A model generated the notes under the pieces. The model searched no databases. It was not told the origin of the DNA and was given only the letters and a program-made list of their open reading frames with translations. Made by a program: the position numbers and the translations under genes. This document shows, in pieces, positions 26,901 through 40,764 of a DNA stretch of 64,000 nt (position 1 is the stretch's first letter; every line of letters begins with the position of its first letter). Origin of the DNA: Octopus bimaculoides (lineage: Eukaryota); NCBI RefSeq assembly GCF_001194135.2, contig NC_068984.1, positions 36,801,870-36,865,869 on the forward strand, in the 5' to 3' direction.

Positions 26901-28020
26901 GATAAATCTAAATATTTTGAGTATGATACCGATAAATTAGATTGTTACATGTGGCGCATCTTATTGTTCATTATGTGTTCTAGTCAATTGACCGTATTTC
27001 ACGGTGTGGGTTGATTTGGCTAATTCCATAATGGATAAATTAAACTATGCACTGTGGTATAACAAAAAGGAAGATCGTCATTATTGTCTTCCATAAGTCG
27101 CAAGCTGATAAAAAGACACAGTTAAGTGAATGCTAACATACTTAGTGCAGCATGCTTAAATTATACAGTGATAATAAGAGAGCGTAGGCTTAAGTTATTT
27201 TTAACAATAAGGCAAGTACGGGAGATAAATCCGAAAAGGCTTCTCTCTTATCTGAATTGAAGCGGCAAAGCATAAATGCCCCCTCTACACGCTGAAGTTG
27301 TGATCAGAGAGCCACTATGTAGGCGTATAAAATTACACAGGATTAGGTGTGTAAAAGTAACATTTCTAAAATTTAGAAAGACTGCCTACCCAGAGACGCA
27401 ATATATGTATGAAAACAAAAAGTTAATTGAGTACAATGATCGTCAAATAGCTTATCAAAAATTGTTAAACATTAGGAAAAGAAAAAAATTAAATGCATTT
27501 CTCATATTTTAATCATTTTACTCTTATAAGACCCAACCTCATGCACTTAGTTGTCCCTTGTACATGGTCAAATTACAAATTATAGGGACCCCGTACGGTC
27601 GATTTTGTCAATCCCAAAGCTTCATCAATATTTTAAATTATCGGTTCCAAAAGTAGGAAAGATAAAGTTGATATTGATAAAATATGTACAAAAAAAGAAA
27701 AAACACGGCAAGGCATTTTTCCGAAGATTCAAGTAACTTGTCAAGACCACCACGCTATATGGCTAAATAATAATTTCAACTTTTAATACAAATCTAGTTC
27801 TTGATACGTACTTTATTTTATAGACCCGACCCTGTAAGGATGAGATGAAACAGCTAACCTTGGTAGCATTTGATTCTGGTAGAAATGCTTTGCAGCATTT
27901 TTGCCAAGCACAGTAACGATCCTGTCGTCCCGCAGCCTTATTACACGGCTAACCTGGTTTAAAATTTTAGCATAGTGTAGGCAGGTTTTGAGAGGAGGAA
28001 CAAATCTGTTATGTCCATCC

Positions 28021-28485
28021 CAGTACTTGACTCCAAAAGACAAAGTCAACCTCGGCACAATTTGAACTTTGAACCTAAAGACAGACAAAACACCGCTAAG
28101 CATTTTGTCCGGAGTGCTAAAATTTCTGCTAACTCGCCACATTAGACGGCTAAATATTGGTTTCAAATTATGAAACAACACCAGCAATTTCAAGGGATAG
28201 GGTTCGTCGATTTCATGGATTCCAGCACTCAACTGGTACGTATTTTATCGACACTGAAAAGATGAAAAACAATGTTGACATTGGTTAAGTTAAACACTGA
28301 ACATATGCGGCTAAATATTGGCTTCATTTTTTGGCACATGGCCAGTAATTACGAGTGGAGACTAAGTTAATTAGATCAATCCAAGTGTTCAACTGGTACT
28401 TATTTTATCGACATCGAAAGGATGAGAAGCAAGGTCGATCTCGACGGAATTTGAACTAAGAATATACTCGCATACGGCTAAATAT
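28021..28485 (-). mobile_element. Three head-to-tail partial copies of the dominant tRNA-derived SINE
   Basis: SINE core (AACTGGTAC.TATTTTATCGAC...GAAA.GATGA) repeats at ~28230 and ~28391, with a 5' portion at 28040-28140. CGGCTAAATATT recurs at ~28146, ~28308 and ~28475. Confidence 0.8.
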
Positions 28486-29291
28486 TAAAAATTAAAATTA
28501 ATTACAGCAGCTCCTTTTTTTTTGGGGGGGGAGCTTTTTCTCTTTTTCTTTACCATCGAATTACATTGAATCAACTATATTGCTCACTACATTGATTATG
28601 TTGCTACTAAATTAACAATAGGATTAAATGAAGCTAGCATCCTGGGATAATTTCTGTCGGTGATTTATTCCTGTATTAAACTGCTGATTAATCCAGTCAG
28701 TTTTAATAAAATGCTTGTTATCGACTGTTCATTGGTATGATCATAAACGCATTTTAGTTTCAACATTAGTGAAGTGTGTTCAACCGTTACAGTGTTCCAG
28801 GATTCAAATCAGTTTTCAAACAACACGCCATTGTCTCAGTGTCCTGGAGGAAAATTTATCTGTCTTTTAAAATTTAAAATAAGATTTTCCAGGTTAAGCT
28901 TGATATTTTTCATAAGATATATTGTTTTCTACATATCGATCAGCTTTTAGAAAGTGTAGCATCGATTTAAAATTTACTTAATCAGTTCTCGCTCAAGTAT
29001 TAAACTTCAGCTTGCGTACTTTGAAAATATACTTTCAGCCCAGTAACAGACTGGAATTTGAAGTCGGCATGGTTTGGTCCAAGGTGCATAAATGGCATAA
29101 GTAAAAGAAATCTTCTTTACTTTTAACATTAATCACTATATACTGTTCATTTATTTAATTGACTAATAACTCAAAGTTGCTTTTTTTATGCAAAATTCGA
29201 AGTAGATAAAGCTACTAATAATCTGGAAATATTAAGTTAAAACCCTCTTGAATTGCAAATGTAGAAGGCTAAAGTTTAAAGAAAAAACAAC

Positions 29292-29344
<53 letters not shown>

Positions 29345-29348
<4 letters not shown>

Positions 29349-29680
29349 ACACTTTCTGCGACCACGTCACCCCTAATATATGGTCACCTAACTCCCCAGA
29401 CTACAGCTCTCTTTATTATTTTGTGGGGCGCAGTTGAGCGAAAGACCAACAAAACTCCTTGTAACACCAAAGATGAAATGAAGGGAAGGATTATGGCAGC
29501 ATCCACCAGCTTAAACAAGGGGACGATCCAGAAGAGTTGCAGGAGGTTCCGACATCGTCTGGAGACTGTGGTTGAAGCAAATGGCGATTTTATTGAATAA
29601 ATTTACTGTTTAGTATTTCAAGATATTTTTATGTAATTTTGGTAAATATATCTGTTCAAATGAGATGTCAGTGTCATATA
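29345..29680 (+). mobile_element. Tc1/mariner-superfamily transposon 3' remnant
   Basis: WGAVERKTNKTPCNTKDEMKGRIMAA...IQKSCRRFRHRLETVVEANGDFIE* is a Tc1-like transposase C-terminus, preceded by a frameshifted WPPNSPD-like segment (ATATGGTCACCTAACTCCCCAGAC). Confidence 0.8.
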
Positions 29681-29711
<31 letters not shown>

Positions 29712-31614
29712 NNNNNNNNNNNNNNNNNNNNNNNNNNNNNNNNNNNNNNNNNNNNNNNNNNNNNNNNNNNNNNNNNNNNNNNNNNNNNNNNNNNNNNNNN
29801 NNNNNNNNNNNNNNNNNNNNNNNNNNNNNNNNNNNNNNNNNNNNNNNNNNNNNNNNNNNNNNNNNNNNNNNNNNNNNNNNNNNNNNNNNNNNNNNNNNNN
29901 NNNNNNNNNNNNNNNNNNNNNNNNNNNNNNNNNNNNNNNNNNNNNNNNNNNNNNNNNNNNNNNNNNNNNNNNNNNNNNNNNNNNNNNNNNNNNNNNNNNN
30001 NNNNNNNNNNNNNNNNNNNNNNNNNNNNNNNNNNNNNNNNNNNNNNNNNNNNNNNNNNNNNNNNNNNNTATATATATATATATATATATATGAGAAATAA
30101 CTCTTGAGGTAGTATCTTCTTAAACTATTTATTTAAAATATATCTAAAATTTAACTGGTTAAAATTGAACGTAACTTTTAAAATGTCTTGATTGCAAAAA
30201 GTGAAACATTTTGTTTTTTTCTTCTATAAAAGAAATAGTTGTTTTCGTGCAAAAAATCTTTTGTAACAAGTTATGTGTTCAGAAAGTCTTCAATGAATAA
30301 CTTGATAAACAATCAGTAATGTTAACGCTTTAATGATTTGATCAAATGATAACTTAGAGTTAATTGTTTTATCATATTTTAGATTGCTTTTTAAATACAA
30401 AAAAGTCTGTAATCTTGAAGAAATATTAGACTGGAATTTAGAATGATTTCTATTTTATTTATATATGTATATATTTATTGGAAATAAAATCCTTGATCTC
30501 TGCTTCTTTGCCAGGATTAAGAATAATGAAACACCAGCCAAAAGATTGTACCAGTTTCTTCTTATATTATAGCTCGTTCTTTATAACTTGTCGTTCAGTG
30601 ATTGTTTGCAATTTATATATTCTGTTGTTACGAGATAAATGCAATTTTGACATTTCTAGAAATGCCAGCAGAATAACACGATTTTGGGAGACAAAATTGC
30701 GTTTGTTTAATTAAAATTATCCATTTCAATCTTCTTACAAGTAAAAACAAAAACGTAATTTCTTATTATGCTGTACAGAATTTATTATGTTATTCGGAAA
30801 TGCGATAAAATTATTGGGTAACGATTTCAATCGAGGCGGGTTTTAGCCAAAACTGAATCTAATCACGGCCAGTTCCAAACTCGGTCTTCTACAGGTACCA
30901 TAACAAGGATTAGCAGCGAATATTTTCAAAATATTCGAGCTGGATGTTTAAAATTTAACGAAAATTGTATAAATGTTAAATCGAAATATTATTTTGTAAA
31001 AAGTAGAAAGCAAACATTTTAAACGACAAAAACAAACTGAAAAACATCTACTAAAACGTATTCCAGACGCATTGTATCGGACACCAGGGCTGTCAACTAT
31101 TACCTGAAAATCCTAGACGATTTTCTGGAAGCCAGAACAAATACTGGAAAACTGTGACACTTGGGTGTTCTACAAATCATATATGACTGAGTCGCATACG
31201 TCAAATATGACTAATTCATCTAAGCGCTAAAACAGTTTAATGTCACATTCTAATGATACGCCGAGTCTTTGTTTCTTAAATACAATTACAAATTAAGCTG
31301 TATTTGCTCTCATGGCATTATAGAACGGAAATCATTATGGCTACTAAGTCTTCATCTGAGAATAACACTTAAGCAGTGTCAGTTTTTTTTACACAAGCAT
31401 GAAATAAATTAATGAAAAGTCATTTTCTCTCTAAATTCTTCCAGTTGCCACTGTATACCAAATGTCTATTACACATATATCAAATTAAAAAGATTCTTTC
31501 ATTGCAATTCACAAGCGTGAATCAGCGAATTTATTTACACATAGTTGAGTACGCACACATATGCATGTATCTCATATACGTGTATATATATATATATATA
31601 TATAGCATGTATGC

Positions 31615-31671
<57 letters not shown>

Positions 31672-32562
31672 GAGAGAGAGAGAGAGAGAGAGAGAGACGT
31701 GTGTATTTGTGCGTGTGTGTTTGTGCGTGTGTGCATGTGTGTGCGTGTGTGTGTGTAGTGTCTGTGCCAGTGTCAGTGAAGTGTCACAAACACCTTTGTA
31801 AAATTTAAACATGGTAGATTTAGTATGTAAATATTTCCTATACGTTAAGCTAATACACGGTGAAATCAGTAGGATCGAACAACTGATTAGAGACCATTGC
31901 TAAACCTTGAGAAAACTTGATGAACTTCTTTGACTTATAAATTTCCAAAACGAAGAATGAAGATAAACTTTTGAACTTCCAATTTCGTCAAAACAACACT
32001 CGCCAGTAATCAATAAAAACAAAAGAGAATATTATTTTTAGTATTACCATTACTCTTGTTATCGATACATTTTCTTCGTTTTCTCCTTTTACAAGAGTAG
32101 AGAAATTATATAGAAAAACACTGACATTTATTGATTGTATAATGGAGATTATGGATAACCAAATAGTTTGCAAAGATCTGTGAATAGTTATAAGTAAACA
32201 AAACAATCTATGATAAATGTAACAAATATATAACGAAATGATATAGATACCTTATGGCAAGTAACTTAGGGAGACATGTCAATAAATTCTTATCTGAAGT
32301 TGAGTAGCACTGCGAGATGGTTTCCCAGCCTCTTCTAGACTTAATATTATTTATATTACACCAGATTGGGTGCGTACAGTTAATGTTCAGGACAGCTTCG
32401 TACAACTTACAATTTAGACAGTTGAATAGAGTAGAATACAGTAATATACATAGAAAGCAATGAACACATATGTAAATGTATATATATTTATATAATAAAT
32501 AATGTATATTAATGTATACTATGTATACATATATATATATCCACATATATATAAACATAGAG

Positions 32563-32825
32563 ATATTTTGGTGTGTCTGGAGAGAGTCATTATCTTTTAG
32601 TGCCTTATAATTTAACACACTCACTGTTAAAATTAGCACTCGTTTACTTATTTGTTTTTCAAAAATTTTCTTTGCGTCTTGCAACCTTTTCAATATTGAA
32701 AAGGCTGCAAGACGCCTCGAAACTTTTAGAAAAATAAATAAGTAAAGGAGTGGAAATTTTACCAGTGAGTGTGTTAAATTATAAGGCACTAAAAAGAATG
32801 CCCTCTCCGAAACACAGCAAAATAT
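32563..32825. repeat. ~263-bp loop-less imperfect palindrome (foldback/MITE-like)
   Basis: Centre CAAT|ATTG at 32694/32695. GCGTCTTGCAACCTTTT pairs with AAAAGGCTGCAAGACGC and TAGTGCCTTATAATTTAACACACTCACTG pairs with CAGTGAGTGTGTTAAATTATAAGGCACTA, continuing to ATATTTTG/CAAAATAT. Confidence 0.9.
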
Positions 32826-32875
32826 GCTTCAACACACGAACTCACATAAAGAAACCAAATCCCAATACATATATT

Positions 32876-32918
<43 letters not shown>

Positions 32919-34944
32919 GCATACGCACCCATACACAGACACATACGGATAGATTCATAGACAGATATAGATAGATCTATGTAGATATATAGATATAACA
33001 GTATGTGATATATAAAAGGTTGTATTGTTTAGTAGATGAGAATGCGTAGTCATGACGTCATTCAAAGGATCACTCGATAAAGAAGAATTTTGCACAAATA
33101 TTTCATTGCCAAAGGTTAAATTTGAACGATATTACGGAATGGCGGTAAAAACACTAGAAAAAGTTTTTTTTTCATAAAATTGCATTAGTCGTTTAATATG
33201 TTTATCTCCCTATAAATATAGAGATATTTATACAACTCTTCAAAAACTCAATATTAAAGTAATCAACCAAACATCAAGTCACATATTCAAATCTATGCGA
33301 CTCAAAGAGAATGTGGTACAAAGTACGCCTATGAATATATGTAGGAGTGTCTGTGTACGTGAATGTGTATATTAATGTGTATATAAGGGTGTATCTGTAT
33401 AAACATAAACATATACATTTATTAATATGCGCAAATGTTTATGTATGTACTCACGCACATACATATATCGGTGTACGTATATAAGTATGAATGTGTGTAT
33501 CTACAAATGCATGCACGCGCGCACACACATACACATATATATGTGGGTACGTGAGTATATATATATATGTGCATATATATATANNNNNNNNNNNNNNNNN
33601 NNNNNNNNNNNNNNNNNNNNNNNNNNNNNNNNNNNNNNNNNNNNNNNNNNNNNNNNNNNNNNNNNNNNNNNNNNNNNNNNNNNNNNNNNNNNNNNNNNNN
33701 NNNNNNNNNNNNNNNNNNNNNNNNNNNNNNNNNNNNNNNNNNNNNNNNNNNNNNNNNNNNNNNNNNNNNNNNNNNNNNNNNNNNNNNNNNNNNNNNNNNN
33801 NNNNNNNNNNNNNNNNNNNNNNNNNNNNNNNNNNNNNNNNNNNNNNNNNNNNNNNNNNNNNNNNNNNNNNNNNNNNNNNNNNNNNNNNNNNNNNNNATAT
33901 ATATATATATATACGTACATGCATATATTGATATTTAAAATATTTCATTTCCAAAAGTATTTTGTACTAATCTTCTACAATTCTGATTTCAGTACATTTT
34001 AATGGAAATTCCTATTGCAATGTTTCTTTTGAAGAATAATATAGATTTATATCATTACAAGGAAATTCATATTCACACGTGGAAGGAAAAGTGAACGCAT
34101 ATATGCATGTAAAATTAGAATTCAGTACAATTTATAGGAAAATAACGTAGTATATATTATCAGGTGACTAGTACAGGAAGAAAAAATCTTAATAGAAATG
34201 AAAAAAAGGACTAAAAATATAAAAAACAAGATTAAACTATTGAAGTTTATATTTAAAATATGAATTGAATTTAATATATATTCGATAAATGTATTTCTAT
34301 TACATATCTGTAAATGTGAATACTTATACTTAGATGGTTATATATTATGACTGTCAGGGTTAGTGTGTGTTGCATACACATAAGCACACATATACACACG
34401 CTCTCATATACATGCATATATAATTCAATGTACGTATACGAATGTGTGTGAATTTAGTGTGTTTCTGTGTGCATGAGTACGCGGGTGTGCATATGGCTAT
34501 GGTTTCTAGATGGCATCTTCCGAAATTGGCGATTCAGAGATCAGCATGCTTTTGAATTGTTCAGCCCGTGTTAAAAACATCCACATTTGCTCCCGCTTGA
34601 TCAGCTGTGGGAATAAGCCATACTGTAGAGGCTCAACCCTTTTAGCTGTTTGATGTCGCAAAATGCTAGGAATGATGATGAGATGAAGGCATACATATAT
34701 AAGGCCAATAAGTCATTTGAACACCTACAGTATTACTTGCGGTTACAATATGTTAAGCTAGCTTATGATTCGAGTTTACCCTTAGCATATATATATATAT
34801 ATATATATATGAAAATGAGATAGTTTTGGTGAAGCTTTTTGTGATTTAACTGCAACTTTGTTTTGTTTCATTTTCGTTCTCTAGTTCACTTTGTACCTTC
34901 TCGCAATGCTCCAAACTTACACAACCAATCTCTATAAATATGTG

Positions 34945-35026
<82 letters not shown>

Positions 35027-35251
35027 TGTATGTCTGTGTATGTGTGTGAAAAAGAGGTTTATTCTACAGAAGTAAGAATAGTAGAAATGTGGTATTTTAG
35101 TTGATAATATGCGTTCAACGTTCTTTCACACTCACCGTCGTGTAGGGAGTTTTTCCCCGGACGCTATACCACAGCAGTAAATGGCAAATAAACAAAACAC
35201 ACACACTATGTATGTGTGATCGATAATATATATATATATGTATATATATAC

Positions 35252-35292
<41 letters not shown>

Positions 35293-35519
35293 GTAGCCTA
35301 CTGAGTGGGGTGTATGTATAATTAAAATTAATTCATAATGTCTAATTTTGAAATTTTCACCATCAAGTTTATGGTTATTTGTTTCTTCACTCGTTGTAAA
35401 TTTTAATTATAGACGAGACATGTTACTGTTTTGGACCTCAGTATACTTAATAAATAATACTCAGATTCGAAATGTTATTTGTCATGATTCTCTAATTCAC
35501 TTATTACGTATCTTATAGT

Positions 35520-36000
35520 GGTAAACATTTTGATTACTTGGGATGTTGATTCCTGAATGTTGACATCTACAAAATCAACACGAGGTTGGGATGGCTAATC
35601 GACATGACTGATATACAGAGTAGTTGAATTGGTGAGAGGTGTTATGTTTTAGGCGGAGACTCTGTTGCATCGGTAGCCTTGAGTACAGATGTTACGCAAC
35701 AAGCCATTCCGAGGAGCAGCTTCTATTTTGTTTTTAGAGTCTAAGCAAAGTAATAGTACGTCTGTATGCATGATGTTAAACTGCATTCGAGAATGAGCGT
35801 TTGCGAATGATTTAAATAGGTTTCGTTAGGATTCCATTTTGGATGTTTGCGTGAGAAAAGCAGTAGTAACCGTTTATTGAAAGGTATCATTGTGGACATC
35901 TCTTGAGATTGCTCGTATTTGGATTATTTCCTGGCAGATTTAGAGAAATCCAATTAAAGCCAGTCTTGAAAGGATTAGGGAATAGTCTGTTTTCTTACGC
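35520..36000 (-). mobile_element. Possible highly decayed LINE apurinic-endonuclease region
   Basis: Only fragmentary motifs (EWL..., ISHPTRV after one frameshift) among many stops. Confidence 0.25.
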
Positions 36001-37227
36001 TATACACGAGTGATCGCCTAATCATAAAATTTCAAAGAACTAAGCGAACCTTTTTTCCACTTAAGGAACACAGGATAAACATTATAATTGTTTACAATTT
36101 GCCGAAGTATATAATTTAATCTAATTTTATACAAATGTGTTGCCTAAAAGATTTGTGCTGCTCTAAAATAGAGTTATAGCATCAGAATTACGCTGCTTAC
36201 CTCAACAATATTTCATTGGTTGAACTAGCTGCCAGTAATAAGTTATTAATACAAATTTGGTTCTCCGATTTATTGATGTTTTTTAACTTGATGTCTCAGT
36301 TACAGGCGGACAAGAAAAAAAGGATTGAATGTAGTAGCCTGGATCTTTTTGGTTATGTGGCCAAAAGACAGTTCTATACAATTCTACGATGTATGTACTT
36401 TTGTCTATTTATTCTGATAACCTCGGTTAAAATATTCGATCTATATCGAAGTATATATTATAGTGTATACACATAATGATAGACCGGTAGATAAAGGTTA
36501 GAGTTTAATCAGGTGATTAGGGAAATCTTTCACAACGGAATGCTTCAATAGTTGAGAATGCAATGTAAAATTTTATTTACTGATCATCCAATAACTGCAG
36601 ATGCTTATAAAACAGTAAATGTAAACCTATCGATTTATCGATTTATCAACACAGACATTGATATACTTCTATATTTTCTCATCGCTCCTCTATCACATCT
36701 TGGTATGCGTGTGCCTGTGTGCATGAGTTTATGCATGTGTACGTGTTTGCATATGTTTCTCTGTGTGTGTGATTATACATATACGTATATATATATATAT
36801 ATNNNNNNNNNNNNNNNNNNNNNNNNNNNNNNNNNNNNNNNNNNNNNNNNNNNNNNNNNNNNNNNNNNNNNNNNNNNNNNNNNNNNNNNNNNNNNNNNNN
36901 NNNNNNNNNNNNNNNNNNNNNNNNNNNNNNNNNNNNNNATATATACATATATATATATACATCAAACATATATGCATGTATGTATGTAATAGGATTGAAG
37001 TTAATCTCCGATAAAGGTGCGATGTCCTTTGTTAATCTGATTCTAGCTGAAGAATGTTTATCGAATAATCCGTCAACATCAACTGTTTAGTTAGACATTT
37101 TTTACTTAAATCTCATTCAAGAATACTTTATCCACCTTTCGATGTTGATTAATTGCACTTCCATTTCGTTAGTAAGGCGTACATTTGCGTACATTTGTAT
37201 GTCTTTATATATGTAAGTATGTATGTC

Positions 37228-37345
37228 ATTATTCTGCGTATTTCAAGATTTCTTGCCAATAGAGAAAGATCCGGTTTCTAACCTAGATCCAAAGTCCCTT
37301 CATTGGAATTTCAACATCAAGAACATAGTATTTTTGTTTGCATGT
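37228..37345 (+). repeat. ~115-bp interspersed repeat followed by (ATGT)n; two more tandem copies at 44495-44760
   Basis: TATTTCAAGATTT.TTGCCAATAGA...GGTTTC...AGATCCAA...CCTTCATTGGAA.TTCA is shared by 37228-37345, 44495-44625 and 44636-44760. Confidence 0.85.
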
Positions 37346-37348
37346 ATG

Positions 37349-37381
<33 letters not shown>

Positions 37382-37490
37382 GTGTGTATGTATGTGTATG
37401 TATGTATGTGTGTATGTATGTGTGTACGTATGTATGTATGTATGTATGTATGTATGGTCGCATGCATGTATGTATATGCGTGTATATACA

Positions 37491-37844
37491 TGGAGGCACA
37501 ATGGCCCAGTGGTTAGGGCAGCGNNNNNNNNNNCCAGGCGTTGTGAGTGTTTATTGAGCGAAAACACCTAAAGCTCCTCGAGGCTCCGGCAGGGGATGGT
37601 GGCGAACCCTGCTGTACTCTTTCACCACAACTTTCTCTCACTCTTACTTCCTGTTTCTGTTGTGCCTCTAATTCAAAGGGTCAGCCTTGTCACACTGTGT
37701 CACGCTGAATATCCCCGATAGCTACGTTAAGGGCACACGTGTCTGTAGAGTGCTCAGCCACTTGCACGTTAATTTCACGAACAGGCTGTTCCGTTGACCT
37801 GGTCAACTGGAAGCCTCGTCGTCGTAAGCGACGGGTTGCCAACA
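37491..37844 (+). mobile_element. tRNA-derived SINE (second family), 10-N gap in the head
   Basis: A-box-like head GGAGGCACAATGGCCCAGTGGTTAGGGCAGCG, a GC-richer body, and a 3' end GTCGTCGTAAGCGACGGGTTGCCAACAAC. Confidence 0.75.
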
Positions 37845-38192
37845 ACATACATAAAAGTATACAGGTGTGATCGTGGAGTGTAGGATTATTCTCGTGCTGT
37901 ATCTTTCAACTTAAGTTTTATTTTGAGTTTGTCTGTGTTTATCTAGCTATATTTCAGTATTTTCGTTCACATTTTTTCTACTCCACTTTTTATTAATTTT
38001 CCAATATATCTATATTTATACACTTATTTCAGTCGGTTCTTTTTCAACTTGATTTATTATATCATTTTCTTCGTTTCTTTTATCATTTTCTTGTATTTTT
38101 GTGTGACTCCTTAAAGCAATCTCATTTGGTTTCAGCCTTCTACAGAAATCATCATCAGTCTTTTTTTATGTAAAACATTTTTCATGTATTAT

Positions 38193-39200
38193 TTTAGTCA
38201 TTGTCCTGGTTCTTTTTCGTTCATTTACTCGTCTGTATCAGATCATATTATCATTATAAGTATTATTATTATTATTGTTGATGATGTTGTTGTTGTTGTG
38301 GTTGTGGTTGTTATTGGTAATATATTTAATATTATTTTGTTGTTTTTGTTATTGTTGCGGTTATCATTCTACTTTTCATCCTTGTTCTTCTGCTCCGTTC
38401 TCTCCTCCTCTTCGACATCCCCTCCCCCTTTTCATCCTCCTCCTCCTACTACTATTACGACTACTATATTCATAAAATTATCATTATTGATGATGGTGTT
38501 GGTCATGTTCTTACTGCTTTTTTTTGTTGTTTTTTTCTTTTTTTTGCTAATGTCCTTGTCATTGTCATCATCGTCATCGACGGTTTTGTTGTTAGCCTCA
38601 TTAACTCTATTGTGGTCGCAATTGTTCATGTCTCCTGAAACTTTTCCACGTTCGCAGTTTCAAACTGTAACTTCACATGACTACACTCCTACATCACGTC
38701 ATTGGAGCTATTTTGCTTAATTTAAATTTCACTGTTTTTTGTTTTTTTTTGGCTTGTTAGTTTCTTTTTCTCTTCATTAATTACTTTCAGTGCTAGTCAT
38801 TCAGTCTGTCTCTGTCTCTGTGCCTTTTCCCCATTTTTTTTCTTCTTGATGTATTCGTTATATGTTTTTTTTTATGCATTTCAGTCTTCTCGTCTTTCGA
38901 ACCAGTGTTACTACTGTCATAATAAGTAAAGATGGTGATACAGATGGTGGACAAACGATTGAATACTTTCATACTCTTGGCTATTAAGTTCAAAAATATT
39001 CAAATTTTATGTTCTGCTCAAAAAGTTAAAACATTGACATAAACAAATGTAATTTAAACAAAAGACGTATAACCCCACCACACACAGTCATACGTACATA
39101 ACATACACACGCGCGAGCGAGCGCACACGCACACATACATATAAACGTACAAACATACATACATACGTACATACATACATATATGTGTGTGAGTGTGTGT

Positions 39201-39232
<32 letters not shown>

Positions 39233-39935
39233 AATTCCTGTCATAGTGTATGACGGTGGACGGAAAATGAGATAAAATAAAAATGAAAGAGAAAAAGTCA
39301 GAGAAAGACAGAAAAAAGGGAGAAAGAAAGAACAAGGAGGGAGAAAAGGGAAAGGAGGGTGTATTTTAGGCGGGTTGGAATGAAGTAGGTAGACGGGTTT
39401 TAGATTGGTTAAAGACTTCAATATAGAAATATTTATTTTTAAAAACATGTAGCCAATAGCAAGGTGATTACAGGTGTTGGCTATATATTTAGATGTAGAA
39501 ATTGATAAATAAATACATATAATTGATGGCTGCAACAATGCAAAATGAAAGAAGTGCAAAAGTGAAAACAAAATCGCCATTAATGATTTACCTTGTATTT
39601 CTTCCATATTTGGGGGATTAGAAGCTCTTCACTGGACAAATGGAAAATGGAATAGAGCTGTTATTTTTGCTCAGATATATGCACAGACTAGTATTATTAA
39701 ACGAACTTGTCTGTCGTGTGTAGTTCTTGTCTGTGATTTGATTCAGAAAGGATGAAAAGTAGAATGATAACCGCAACAATAACAAAAACAACAAAATAAT
39801 ATGAAATATATTACTAATAACAACCACAACCACAACAACAACAACATCATCGACAATAATAATAATACTTATAATGATAATATGATCTGATACAGACGAG
39901 TAAATGAACGAAAAAGAACCAGGACAATGACTAAA
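38193..39935. repeat. Long inverted repeat: 38193-38383 vs 39748-39935, ~1.36 kb spacer
   Basis: Arms are near-identical, including non-repetitive parts (TTTAGTCATTGTCCTGGTTCTTTTTCGTTCATTTACTCGTCTGTATCAGATC). The ORFs 38184+ and 39618- share SHCPGSFSFIYSSVSDHIIIISIIII. Confidence 0.93.
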
Positions 39936-40764
39936 TCTCGAAGGCATACAGGGTAAAACATTAATTGTTTTGTTTTGTTTTGTTTTTTTTCCGTTTTCAG
40001 TTCTCCATTTCATATCTTTTACATTGTTTTAGAATTTTAACAAGCTTTAATCTAATTTCATATCACACAATGCTTCGCTCAAAGCACTCCATATTTGCAT
40101 GTATCTTATTACATTGTAGAGACATAATTAAGTTGAACTTATGTAGGTTTATATGATGTATAGAAGTGCAAAGACGCTGTCGTATCTTCAAAAATCATAT
40201 GTACATAATTCCTCGCTGAACTTCATTCTAGCACCTTTCATAATTTGCTTTAAAATGTATGTTAAACATACTGCAAATCGAACCAGAGAAGATGCATCTT
40301 GAAAAATGATGAAGAATAGGAAAGTAGTCTTGCAAATGCTGTAGTCTTGCATTCTCCAGTCATATAAAGATCTGCATAATAGTGCTTGTTTACCACCCAA
40401 TCATCGTCAAATTTGCATTATCACCAGGACTGTATCACAAAAGATATAAAATACGAAGAATAACAAATGTCAAAAATCAACTTCAGGAATTTACCCCTTG
40501 CCGTGTATAATTTTGCACAGGAAGTGTGTGTATGTTTGTGTGTGTACGAGCGTGTGTGCGAGGGTTCGTGTCGGAATTATGTAATCGGAATTATGCGATT
40601 TAAATCCCACTGACGAACTTGCAGCCTGAAATACTTTTGTTTTGAAATTTCCCCATAGATGATTTGGGTCAAGATTGGTACTTTCTATAGCATTGTGGAA
40701 TCTTTGCAAGTCGCTTGATAATTTAAAGTTTGCAACATTTAACTTTTTGGGTAAGTTACATTCC

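Noticed and set aside
37491-37560. tRNA gene
   Set aside because: Only a tRNA-like SINE head, partly hidden by Ns and fused to a SINE body.
40230-40420. KFDDDWVVN peptide reminiscent of galactosyltransferase DDD motifs
   Set aside because: In-frame stops lie immediately upstream, there is no compatible acceptor, and the rest does not align.
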